Shown here: positions 1 through 11,400 of the stretch, one piece after another
Layout of the letters: each line of letters begins with the position of its first letter
Numbering within the stretch: position 1 is the stretch's first letter
Source of the DNA: Dimorphilus gyrociliatus
Lineage: Eukaryota; Animalia; Annelida
Reading direction: 5' to 3'
DNA: 64,000 bases
NCBI GenBank assembly: GCA_904063045.1
Contig: CAJFCJ010000016.1
Span: 620,001 to 684,000, forward strand
Made by a program: the position numbers and the translations under genes
The notes under the pieces: generated by a model
What the model was told of the DNA's origin: nothing
Database searches by the model: none
Seen by the model: only the letters and a program-made list of their open reading frames with translations

Positions 1-147
1 ATCCATAATGTAAATATATAAACTTTACTAGAGATATATCAACTAACAATTCAAGTAAATATAGATAACCTCCTTTTTAGTTGACTTCCGGTTCATAACA
101 AGTCGATATGAGGAATAATTCATATTAATTTAATTAATATCTCAGGT

Positions 148-3100
148 ATGAAGACGCCATCTGCTGGAAGTAGAGCCGATTCTGAATCTTCTGTACCATT
201 AATTCAAGTCGACCGAACTTCCGACACGATTATTGAAGAGGCGGAAACTGAATCTAAAAGTTGGCTTTATTTTAAATTTTCTCTTTTTCATTAAAAATTC
301 CTTTAAAAACCCAAAAAAAAACAACCTAAATAAAACAGAAGAAACGCCAGTCTCTTCCCCTAAACCATCACCAAAACAGAAAAAGCCAGAGACGTCAAAG
401 GAAATTTCGACTGAGATTAAAGGAAAGAAATTAAAGTATTGGCCGTCCGATGACGTCAAAAGCCTTAAGATATCAACAGATCCCCCAAAACAGAGATTAA
501 AACTGGAATGGATGTAATTATAATCAATATTATAAACTCGTTCTGCATTGTGCATCTCATACTAATAACAATTTAAACAGATACGGTTACCAGGGAAACA
601 CTTGCCGATCAAATATACATGTATTAAAAAGCGGAGAGATTGTATATTTTATAGGGACATGCGCCGTTTTATACAATAGAGATACAGATGCTCAGAGACA
701 TTACAGGGAACACACAGAGGCAGTGACCTGGTAAAAATTAAAAAGATCTTAAATAAGAGCAGAGACTCATCACTATAATTAAATCAAAATTACTTATTAC
801 AGCATGGCTCTACACCCGAATGGTGTAACCGTGGCGACCGGCCAAAAAGAAGATGCTAAAGAGAAAGTAAGCTTACTCATTAGTTTTACGACCGTCATTT
901 AGGTCTAATTGCATATATTCAGTCGGCATTGATAAGAGTATGGAGATCGGATACTTTACAAACCCTTCACATTATTGGGAATGGAATTCTGAAAAAGAGC
1001 GTACTAGCTGTTTCCTTTTCAAAAGGAAAAGTAAATATTACATTGGTCTTAACAGTTTTCTATTTCTATCTTTAGAATAAAGTTGGCATGACCTGTTTTC
1101 TTTTCTTTTTTCTTTCTTCAGGCAGCATTTGTAAATCCTAGAACCGCAGTATTACAGGTTTATGCTTAACATATAAAAAAAGACAAAAACAAAAATCAAC
1201 CAACCAATCAATGAACAAACAATATTATAATCCAATATACTTTTCGTTTTGTTTAATTTATCAAATTAATTAATTAATTAATTAATTTTATAGTTTCACA
1301 CTTACTTTTCTACGTTTTCAAGCAAAAATTATTCCTTGAAATTCTTTTTCACTATTCACGTTTTGAATGAATTAGCTGTATGGATCGGTTTTACTAATTT
1401 ATTAATTTTTTCTTAGGAAAGGTTATGCGGACTAGACGCTAATCAGAATCATAATTTGGGCGTATGGGACGTTTCAACTGGAAATATTCTTGTTAAAGTT
1501 GAAACTGGAATAGAAAATTTGTTAAATCTTGATTTTAATCCAAAAAATTCCGATATTATAGTAACTATTGGTAAAGAGCATATAGGGTGGTGGACAATTT
1601 ACTTAGAAGGTAAAACCATTCAAATGACAACAAAACCAGATTATCAGGTAATTCCTAATTTTAAATATTACTTTCAATTAAGCTAATATGATCTAGTTTT
1701 CTTTTAAATAGAACTTTTTAAGAGCGAGATTTATAACAAGTATGTTTCATACTGAGAAGGGAGACTTAATTACTGGAGATTCTAATGGAACTGTATATAT
1801 TTGGGGTCAAGGTGGAAATGTGATAACGAACTTCCTAAAGCATATCCATGATGTTAGTAAATAGTATATTAGTCCTTTTTTATCCTTCTCTTCTCTTTTT
1901 TTTCAATTTGGAAGCATATAAAACTCATTCTTTTTATTCTTCCTCTTTAAGGGTTCGGTTTTCTCAATTCTGACTGTTAGAGGTCATATTATTACTGGAG
2001 GTAGAGATGGAATTATAAACTGTTTCCATTGGTCTAAAAATATGGATAAAATGGGAACTTTGCAAGTTCCTAGACAGGAAGGTGGAATAAGAATGCTGCA
2101 AATTCATAGGGATCTCTTGCTTATTGGAACAACGACAAACTCTATATTAACTGCCACATTGGCTGGAACGGCTTTAAAAAATCCTTTTTCAGGAGTATTT
2201 TTAAATGAAGAATTCCTTACGGCAGGTCATTTTGACGACGTTAAATCTTTGGCAGTTCCCGGTAATCCAGAAAATCCTGAAAAGATACTTTCAGCTGGGG
2301 TCGATGGAAATATTTGCCTATATGATATAGTAAAAAAAAGTGTCACCTGGAAGTATTACATGAAGGTATATCATCCCTATTGAAGCTGGAGGGGTTTTAT
2401 ATTATTTTGAATACATACTTCTATTGCTAGGGTTTAAACATTGACTGCTTTGACATTAATCAAGACACGAATATGATGGCATTAGGTTTAAGGACTGCTT
2501 TTGTTTTTATATTTACTATTGCTTACGACGACGAGGGTCATGTAGAAATGACCGACGTTGGACGTATAAAGGTGTCAACTGAGAAGATAACTTGCATAAA
2601 AATCTCTCCAAGTATGCTAACAGTTTCCACTACAAAAACTTTGTATTTTTATTTAAATATACTGTATTATATGTACTCTTTTTTTTTTTTACGTAAAAAT
2701 TAGACTGCGAGCAAGTCTTGGTAGGAGATATCGATGGACAACTACACTCAATAGGCCTAAAGACTAATGAAGAAAATGAAGAATATTGGGATGTCTTAAA
2801 TACAATAAAGGTTGCATAAATATATTAGAATATACATATATATTGACTATTAGTGTTATTCTTAGGCCCACGACAGTCCTATATCTGCGGTTGATTGGTC
2901 AGAAGAAAAATATAAAGAGACTTATATATTTCGAGCTAGTGCCAAATCGATGGATATGAGTATCTGTACTGTATTGTAGAACAATTATTTAAATATTACT
3001 TATGATATTTGTCTTTTTTTATGTATAAAACAAAAATTAGGGGATGGAAGTAACTTTACTTTACTAGAGGATAAATCAGTAAGAAATATGAGATGGTGGA

Positions 3101-3600
3101 CTGCAAATTGTTTAACATCATACGAAGTTTCCGGTTTAATTTATTTTAATATATACGAAAAAAATAAGCCTATTACTAATATTTTGATGTCTTAATTAGG
3201 CATATGGGAAAGCGGACAAGCTCAGAAAGCCAATATAGAAACTGTTGATATTACACCATCAAAAACACTAGTCCTAATGGCCGATAGTATAGGCTATCTA
3301 AGTCTCTTTAGATATCCTTGCTGTAAGAAAGGGGTAAGTCTTTCTCTATATTTTATAATAAATTATTATAGTAATAGTAATATTTACCTGCGTCAACTAA
3401 TTATCGTATTTATTATAATAATAAAAACAGAAAGAATAGTATTAAGTAAAAAGAAAAACCCTTTATTTTCCATACAGATGTACAACCATACTTATAGAGC
3501 TCATAATCATATTTCTTGTGCAAAATTTACCCAAAATAATCAAAATGTATTAACTGTTGGAGGAAATGATTGTACCATAATTCAATGGAAGATAATATAA
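148..3600 (+). CDS. EML: Echinoderm microtubule-associated protein-like (EML1-4/EMAP type; HELP motif + WD40 TAPE domain), multi-exon
   Basis: Hand-spliced with GT-AG introns: 148-259, 339-513, 581-730, 803-866, 923-1030, 1417-1647, 1712-1851, 1952-2367, then further short exons to TAA at 3598-3600. HELP motif PPKQRLKLEWIYGYQGNTCRSN, then GEIVYF...QRHY, MALHPNGVTVATGQ, WD repeats (LITGDSNG, IITGGRDG, LSAGVDG), LFRYPC and terminal GGNDCTIIQW as in EML proteins. The 5' start is uncertain because an AG precedes ATG148. Confidence 0.92.
1122..1157 (+). other. Candidate 36-nt in-frame cassette micro-exon of the EML gene (AAFVNPRTAVLQ)
   Basis: Lies in the longest EML intron (1031-1416). Long polypyrimidine tract plus CAG acceptor at 1120-1121, donor CAG|GTTTAT at 1158, phase 0-0 matching both flanking exons, no stop codon. 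Confidence 0.45.
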
Positions 3601-3895
3601 AACAAGTACCATAAAATACTATACAAGCGTTAAGTGATGAACATATACTGTATATGTACACTGTTCAACTACAATCTTCAATCTTAATAAGCGCAAAAAT
3701 TTATATATTTGTTTATTTACTATTTGACTTGAATAAAAGCCAAATACACAGAAAAGCCTTTTTATTTTCTGACTACTTCAAGGAAGAAAGATTGTCTTTT
3801 ATTTTTTAAGTATTTAAGTGCTTTTATTTAGATTAATTTAACATAAAAGTAAAAGAGATGTGAAGATAAACGATTTGAGAGAAAAATTGTATATT

Positions 3896-5338
3896 TTACC
3901 CAATGGTGGGCGTAATACGGTCGAGTGCTTTACAGAAAGCCATAGCTCTAAACTGGGGCCAGAAAGCAATGAATATAAAACTTGGTAGAGCCATGGCTAG
4001 AATATTCAGAGTGCTAACAAATGCGCCTAATCCATGCTTGACGCTTGTATCTAAGAGTAAACCACCCAAATCGGTACACACGAGAAGTATAAGAATAGGT
4101 AAGTATAGGACGCATGTAATTAATTGCAGAATCATTAAGGCTTTACCACAAGATTTATCCATTTTCTCCGAATCTGACTTTTGTATACCAAAGCTCGTAA
4201 TTGCCATAATGACTGCTGGTATAAAAAATATTATAATTGCAAGGATTGTTTCGTATCCTTTATCATAAGCGTCATTGTCTGCCCATTCTTCAATTCCATT
4301 ATAGGAAACTTTGGTAATTATTAGATCTAATTCAATTACTTTATGTCGCAGCATCCTCGGTAAACAAAAAAGCCAACTAAAAACAAGTAAACATAGTAGA
4401 ATTATTAAGGATTTTACTTTTGACAAATTAGGAAATTTCCATAATATTATTCCACTACTCAATAAGACTAATGAGTGGTATAAATAGCATGAATTTCTTG
4501 TCTCGTAAAATTTCTCAAGAGCCGGATCTTCCAATGCAGGATCTTTCTTTGTCGTATCAGTTACAAAAACCTGCCTGTTTAAAACATAAAAAAGGAAAAA
4601 TATAAGTTGAACCTGTTTTAATTGAAAAGTTTGTTTCGCCTATTTAAACTTAAACCTATTATCTTGTAGCGGTTTGATAGACATTGAAAAGAATGATCGA
4701 GGCAAAGAAACAATTACACAACTGAATCTGTAGACTAATTGAAATACTCTATAGAGATTCTCACGTAATTAACTCTCCTTCTATTCTGGCAATCATTATC
4801 CAAGCACTATTACGGATTCTAACTGGTCTAGTTTTTTCCTAATTTTCTTAACCAGGACCAATCAAGGGAGGAGTTCCTATTTAACGTAATTATCTGAATT
4901 GTAATTTTATTTAAATTACCTTATTTATTATATATTGAATGTAGCTACACCTATAAATTTATCAAGTTATACTGTATATACAGTATATATATATATATTT
5001 GTACTTTTTAGAATATGGAAAAGTACACTATCTCACCTGCTTATATGAAAAGTAGGTATAATTATAATGAATAAATAAACACAGTTAACGTAAAGGCAGA
5101 AAAAGTATGGATAAATTCCATCTTTTTCCCAAAATTTCATTCTGATTAGAGAGAATAGTCCAAGAAATATACCCAAAATTCCAAGACCAGTGAAAATGCA
5201 TAGTGGAACCAACACAGCCCAAGTATGAGTTTCGGACATCCAATCAGGAAATTTCGGTGTTAAAGCTTCCAAAACTGCTTTGGCTTTTAATTGTATTTGT
5301 AATTGAATCTGTTCCTGCGTAAGGCCTGAGCTTGCCAT
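3896..5338 (-). CDS. Divergent orphan 7TM rhodopsin-like (class A-like) GPCR, 2 coding exons, about 326 aa
   Basis: Exon 5338-5037 (donor AG|GTGAGA) joins exon 4574-3896 (acceptor AAACAG) in phase 2, giving 981 nt. Seven hydrophobic segments; class A-like residues WLFCLP (TM4), FFIP (TM5), VLYLP (TM6) and P-x-FR at the helix 8 start. DRY and NPxxY are absent. Confidence 0.8.
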
Positions 5339-5410
5339 TTCTAATTGAAAGATTGATGAGGAGTAGAGAAGAAAACTTTACTTTTATATAATTATGTACC
5401 TTATGTAGAT

Positions 5411-5424
5411 GTTACCTTAGAAAC
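5411..5424. promoter_or_regulatory. RFX X-box-like motif GTTACCTTAGAAAC
   Basis: 14-bp match to the X-box pattern GTTNCC-NN-RGNAAC, 73 bp upstream of the GPCR ATG. A near-identical copy GTAACCTTAGAAAC lies at 5975-5988. Confidence 0.4.
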
Positions 5425-5974
5425 TAGAGTACACAAAATAATACTAATCGGCTTATAGCTGGTTCAAACAGATTCTATGTTAAACCTACAGCATTTACAA
5501 TCCAGTTGCTAGTCCATTTCCATTCATTAGTAATAATAATACTTGCTACATAAATTTCTATAGCGATAAATGCATAGACAAGAAATCTATTGAGTAATCA
5601 ACTTATTATAGGTATATACAAGTTTTGTTTCGTATTTACAAAACATATGCAAATGAGTTGATATTCATTTTTAACGGAAGATTATTTAAATATATCTATT
5701 CTAATTCTTTTCAATCTGGCGAAAAATTCGTTTTCATTTTTAAGTAGAATTTCAACAGAATTTCAACGGCTTTCAACCTTTTTTCTTTTCGCTTAATGTA
5801 ATATTAGTACTATACTTTGCTAACATTTCAACATTAGATTTATTGACCTCCGAGGAATAAAAATCTGGTAAATAGACCTTGTTAATGGTTGTATAAAATA
5901 TAGACTAAGGTTGGCATTTGTCAACCATCGCACTTTAAATACTCGATAAGAAGAGCGAAGATGTTTATCAACAT

Positions 5975-5988
5975 GTAACCTTAGAAAC
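5975..5988. promoter_or_regulatory. Second X-box-like motif GTAACCTTAGAAAC
   Basis: 13/14 identical to the 5411 motif, in the divergent GPCR/LRRC74 intergenic region. Confidence 0.3.
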
Positions 5989-6270
5989 ATGTCTTAGTGA
6001 TAGTAAACTGAATTGATTGGGTAATGTATAAGATTTTACCCTTTTTACCCTAAACTATACTTTTTTCCTGTCTAAAAGCATTTTATAGAATTTTTCTTTT
6101 TTTTATTCTACCCACATTTATCATAAAAGAAAAAGGGATCTCGTTCATTTAAAATAACAGTATTTTATTAATTAGATTCTTTTTTAATAAATTCTATACC
6201 AGTACAGAGAGAGTTACATTTCTACTTGTACAAAAGTATATGGGTAGGCCTATATATCTTGATTGTTTAT

Positions 6271-6533
6271 TCAATATATTCTCTGTATATTTCTACATAA
6301 CTTAAAAGTAGAAAGTACGTTATTTATAATGTATATACCGTATATAAATTTATATATAAGAACGTCAATGGCTTTTATGAAAATCTCTTTAGTTAATTCT
6401 ATATCGAGTATACTTTTACTTGCCTTCTCTTTAAACATTATCGAAACTGCACTATCAATTCGTTTACAAGCAATTTTCTTGGTTATTTTAAAACATAACT
6501 CTTTAAATAAACCATATGATATATAATCTTCTT
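6271..6533 (-). other. Candidate orphan coding exon or remnant (86 open codons after an AG acceptor)
   Basis: TATATAG|AAGAAGAT... reads EEDYISYGLFKELCFKITKKIACKRIDSAVSIMFKEKASKSILDIELTKEIFIKAIDVLIYKF... to TGA at 6273-6271. No convincing partner exons found. Confidence 0.3.
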
Positions 6534-6732
6534 CTATATATAAACAACATTTTTATAAGCTTGTAATATTATTAATTATTCCTCTTTTTATCATTAGAAC
6601 ACGAATATTTTACAATATCTAAAAATACTTCGCATTTTAATAAGCTCATTATAGCCGTATATACATGTTTTATTAGTTATACGGAAAAGGCTAATGATTC
6701 TGTGAAAGTGTAGTAAAAATTAAAAGCAATAA

Positions 6733-8252
6733 ATGAAAGAGAATGAAAAAGTACCGCCATCTTGCGATCAAAAGATTGCAGTTTAATGGAAGGACTCTAT
6801 TGATTGTCGAGGAAAGTTAGCAAGTCTCACAAGTACTCGTTGTCGTAAAATTGACGAATCTTTTAACTTAATAGCCGAAACTAATCAATGCTTCCCTCTA
6901 TTTTTATTCGATAAAACAGAAAAAGTATAGATATTCTATGATTGTGAAACTAAGGGAAATAGATGGATTTCAGTATTGATTTTCTTTTTTAAGATAATGT
7001 TTACGTATGAATATATTACTCTTGAAGAAAGAGAGGATGATTATAAGAATCAAAATGATTCCAAAACGTTCCGCTAGACATTTATATTAGTATTTATATA
7101 GAAATAAGTACAAAAATGCTATTTGATAAAGATGATAGATTACTTTATTGAATGAATGACATATTGAAACTCTGGATAAACAGCAAGTTTTAAAGGCAGA
7201 TTAACGCAACAGATGTTTGATTTGGTCTGTTGCTCTTTTTCCTTTTTTGACATACTATTTGATTTTTAGACTGAGTAGCAGCAAGATTGATAAATAACGA
7301 TGTAGAAAAGAGAGAAAGATCTTTGACAAGGGATTTTGGAAAAGAATTTGTAAAGATTTTTAAGCCTATTCAACTTAATGCTGTTTAAATGTTCAAGTAC
7401 TTGTACAGGTCGTTTGTTATTCCATTACCTAATTAGAACTAGATCATTCTCAAGTGGCTACGCTGTATTCAATAGTATCTAGAGGATTTTAAAAAAGAAA
7501 ACTATAGTCACTATAACTTGATTCTTATGTTAGGAACGGCGTACTAAGAGAATTATATCTTTCGACAATAAATCAAAGGTTTCTAATTCTTTTATTCTGT
7601 TTATATAAACAACGAAGATTGGACAATTCTATGTTATTAATTTTATTTCAATAATACTTGATTTTTTAATGAAGAGTTGTAGAGAGATATAAATAGGCGT
7701 GAGAAAGAGAGAGAGAGAGAAAGAGAGAATATAGAAGAGAGTGGAGGAAGGGTAGTATTGAATAAGATAGAAGAAAGAGTGAGAGAGAGAGAGGGATAAA
7801 AAAAGTGAAACTACAAAAGAGCAAGAGAGTCCTGGACTTTAAATATTTATTTAGAACTTTGTACTATATTTTCTTATGCTAGTAATAATAACCAAATAAT
7901 TATTTCACGTTAATAGATCATTTTGGTAAAAAGTAGAGAAGAAAACCTAGCATTTCTTTCATCTTGAATGTTTGTTGCGATTCTTTTATTGGATTTCAAC
8001 AGGAAATTCTAAAAGTCATTAAATTGTAATTAGAAGACTTTTAGCCTTTGATAGATGGAACTATGTTATCCCACGATTTAAAGGTCATTTCTAAAAATAA
8101 TCTTTAGTTGATTTGAAGAAATAGGCTTAAAAGAACTACATTAACCACACCTTGAGGACAAAGAGAAATCTATTTCAACCCTTATTTGCAAAAGTATTAT
8201 TCTTCAATCATTCAGTTTTAGCTACGTTATTAAATACCTGAAAATGGATTAA
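6733..8252 (+). pseudogene. Possible decayed coding remnant, family not recognised
   Basis: Frame 6733-7077 has only 2 internal stops in 115 codons (MKENEKVPPSCDQKIAV*WKDSIDCRGKL...). Further protein-like stop-interrupted segments lie near 7.3 kb (VEKRERSLTRDFGKEFVKIFKP) and 8.1-8.25 kb (FEEIGLKELH*PHLEDKEKSISTLICKS). Confidence 0.25.
6754..6763. promoter_or_regulatory. YY1/Pho-type motif CCGCCATCTT
   Basis: Exact YY1 core (AAGATGGCGG on -). The same 10-mer is at 10097-10106 and AAAATGGCGG is at 44709-44718. Confidence 0.3.
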
Positions 8253-8453
8253 TTATAAATACCAGTCAATTCTAATATTCTCCCGATCGAACTCTCATCG
8301 ATTACGAACGTGACTTGAATTTGTCAATATAAAAAATTTCCTTCGATTTTGTTCATTTGGAGAAAAATTCCTCTTCTGTTCAATTAATTTTTAATCGGAT
8401 ATAACGTACCGGAATGCCATTTTAATTAAAGGATAATAAACAAATATTAAAAA

Positions 8454-11400
8454 ATGCATTATAATAATCGACCAATAACAGCTCCACCTGAAAAATTGAA
8501 TTCTAATTTAAAAGCACCAAAAAAAGTTAAAACTGCATGGACATCCGACGGAGAATGGAGTTTAACACAAATTCCAAGTCTTATCTACGAAGGGAATTTT
8601 AATGATAAAGGTAAGACAATATATCGGATATTTTGTTTGTTTTTTGTCTTTATGAGAGATTATAGCCATTTAGTCAATGATTTTAATACATTCTTTTTTT
8701 GTATGCTACGTAGATAAAGTATTAGTTCTTTTGTTATTTTATTACTATATCTATCATATTTTTTATCAAGTAAACCTACATACAGTATTTTTTAAGAAGT
8801 GATTATTTAATTTTCCTATTTCAAGTCAATCCTAATATTAAATTATTAAAGAAGAGAGATTAATGCTTTTTTCTTATAGATTGGTCTATTATTTAATTAA
8901 TTAAATAGTTAAATAATAATTGATTTTGTATGTTTTAGCATAAAATTCAATTCATTCATTTATTTCACTTTGGAGAAGTTGGAAAGGAAAATGAAAAGTG
9001 AAATATATGAAATACTTACATTCTCTAGGAATTAGAGAAAGTTTATATATATTCTATTTATCTCGATTAGTACTAAATAATGACAACAGGAAACGGAAAT
9101 GATCAATTATTATTTAATTGATAAAATATAAGTGTAATTAACTTTTGTAACCAAAAGAGAGAAAAAGAAAATAGTAGAAAGGAAAGAGAAAGATTGTGTT
9201 TAACCATACTAAATAAAAGTCCTTTTATCAATTTGGACTTTTGTTAGAAAGGCTGAATAATTTTTCTTTTAATGAATGGAAATAAAGAAATGTTAGGCTT
9301 ACCCAAATATTTCTTAAAAAGATTTTATAATATTTATCTATAGGCCTAATCTTTTTTTTTTGGATTACTGCCGTTTAGCCAATAGGATAAATCAAATAAA
9401 TCTATTCAGAAAGGGAAATTCACAGTTTTCTACCACAAACTTTACTGAATTGATCGAAAAGGCTTATCCTATTCGAATAATGTATAAATCGATATAGAAT
9501 ATTGCCAACTGGTGTTTAAAAGATTAGAAGTTTTGGACAAAAATACCAGAAAATATTATATTTTATGAAAAAGTTGAATTTATTGGATATTTCATTTATT
9601 CAAGCAAATAGTTATACTTATTTAAATATTTAAGATTTATTCAAGCTCATGAATAGTTCTTCATTGATTAGCAACGTAATTGCTACAACAACAACAAAAA
9701 ACTTTGCTCATAACAAATAATAGTTACTATGGCTACTACCGGACGAGTCTTTTTAACACATGTGCATTTTCAAACTCCAGATAAATTACAAGAAAATGAA
9801 GAAGAAAATCCTATGGAACAGATAGAAGATGAAGAAGATGATGACGAAGTAGACTATAATTATAAAAATATTCATTTTTCTCTATCATTTAACATATATT
9901 TTAAAATTTTTAGGTACAAAATTGGCAAGACGGACCCGAACTTCATTCTGATGGATGGGATACAGATATTGAAGATGATTTTGCAAAAGGTCAGTAAATC
10001 GTACTTGATAGAATGATATGAATAAAAATGAATAGAAATAAATTCAATATATAATATCAAAATATTATTAGTATAAAATATAATAAGAATTCTCTACCGC
10101 CATCTTTTTTTTTATTATTTCACTTATCAAAGATAGATTAGAAGCGACAAGACGTAAAGAATTCTAAAATAGGAAATTGTATTAATAAAATGAGAAGGCT
10201 GCTTATCCTATTAATTTGTATTGTGATTAAGGATTACTTCGTGTACGTGTTTTAGACCTTGAAATTGAAACCTTTATCTACCTCTTCTTATTCTCATAAA
10301 CAAGTAAATAACAATGATTAGTCCTGTAATTATTCCAAAAGAGTTATTAGATATTAATTATTAGTCATAATTGAGTCAAATTTAACAAAGAGAAAAGAAA
10401 ATAGCATCTTTTAAAGAATATCAAAACAACAGCTTTGCATTGTACACATTAAGATAAATCTCTATATAATCTATAATATTTTTTCCAGCGTTTTCTGATA
10501 AGATATAAAAATGATGTAGGCTAGCTGGCTGGATGAATGATTTAAAACATTTACATAGGTTTCCCTATCCTTATCTTTCCCTTCTCTTTATCTCTGTTCT
10601 GTTCTGATTTATATACATAGTAATTTATTAAATAAATTATTATTTTTGAAAGCTGTTTACTAATTTGGTTACTTTTTATAGAAGAATCAGCTCCTCACGA
10701 TAATACAGGTGCAACTTTATATAAAGAAAATTGTGAAAAAAGCGGTAATAACAGCTACATACATCATTTATAGTTTGTGTAAAAGACGCAAATCATTGTT
10801 CTTGTTTATTTTAGGTGTTGTTCCAGTTCGCTGTCTGTTACAGAGTCTGGGGGAAGGTAACTTAAGAATGAGACATCACTACTTAGGTGGAGAGGCAACA
10901 AAACCTTTATCTGAAGCTTTAAAAGTACTATTTCATTTAAAATGAATATATTTGCATAAATTTTAATAATTTACTGATACAAGAATTTTTTTTCCATGTT
11001 AGATTAATACTGTATGCGAAGAAATTGATCTCGCTGATAATTACATCTCTGGAGAGGGAGCTGCCTATTTAGCCAATACTTTGATTGATAATATGTTTAT
11101 TGTTAATTTAGTAAGTGATACCTAAATTATTACTTTATTACTAACTACTTACTACTTTTGAATGTATTTCTTAGAATGTCTCTTATAATTTCATTGGTTC
11201 AATTGGAGCAAAAGCATTCGCCGATATGCTGGAACAAAACACGACATTAAAAACATTATCATTACAAGGTAAAACTAGATACCTAATTAATTTATTTATT
11301 TATTTATTGACAATAGGTAACCAATTAACGGATTCTGACGCTCAAAAAATTGCCGAAGCTCTCAAGAATAACATGTCACTAAGTTGTTTGGATTTAAGTC

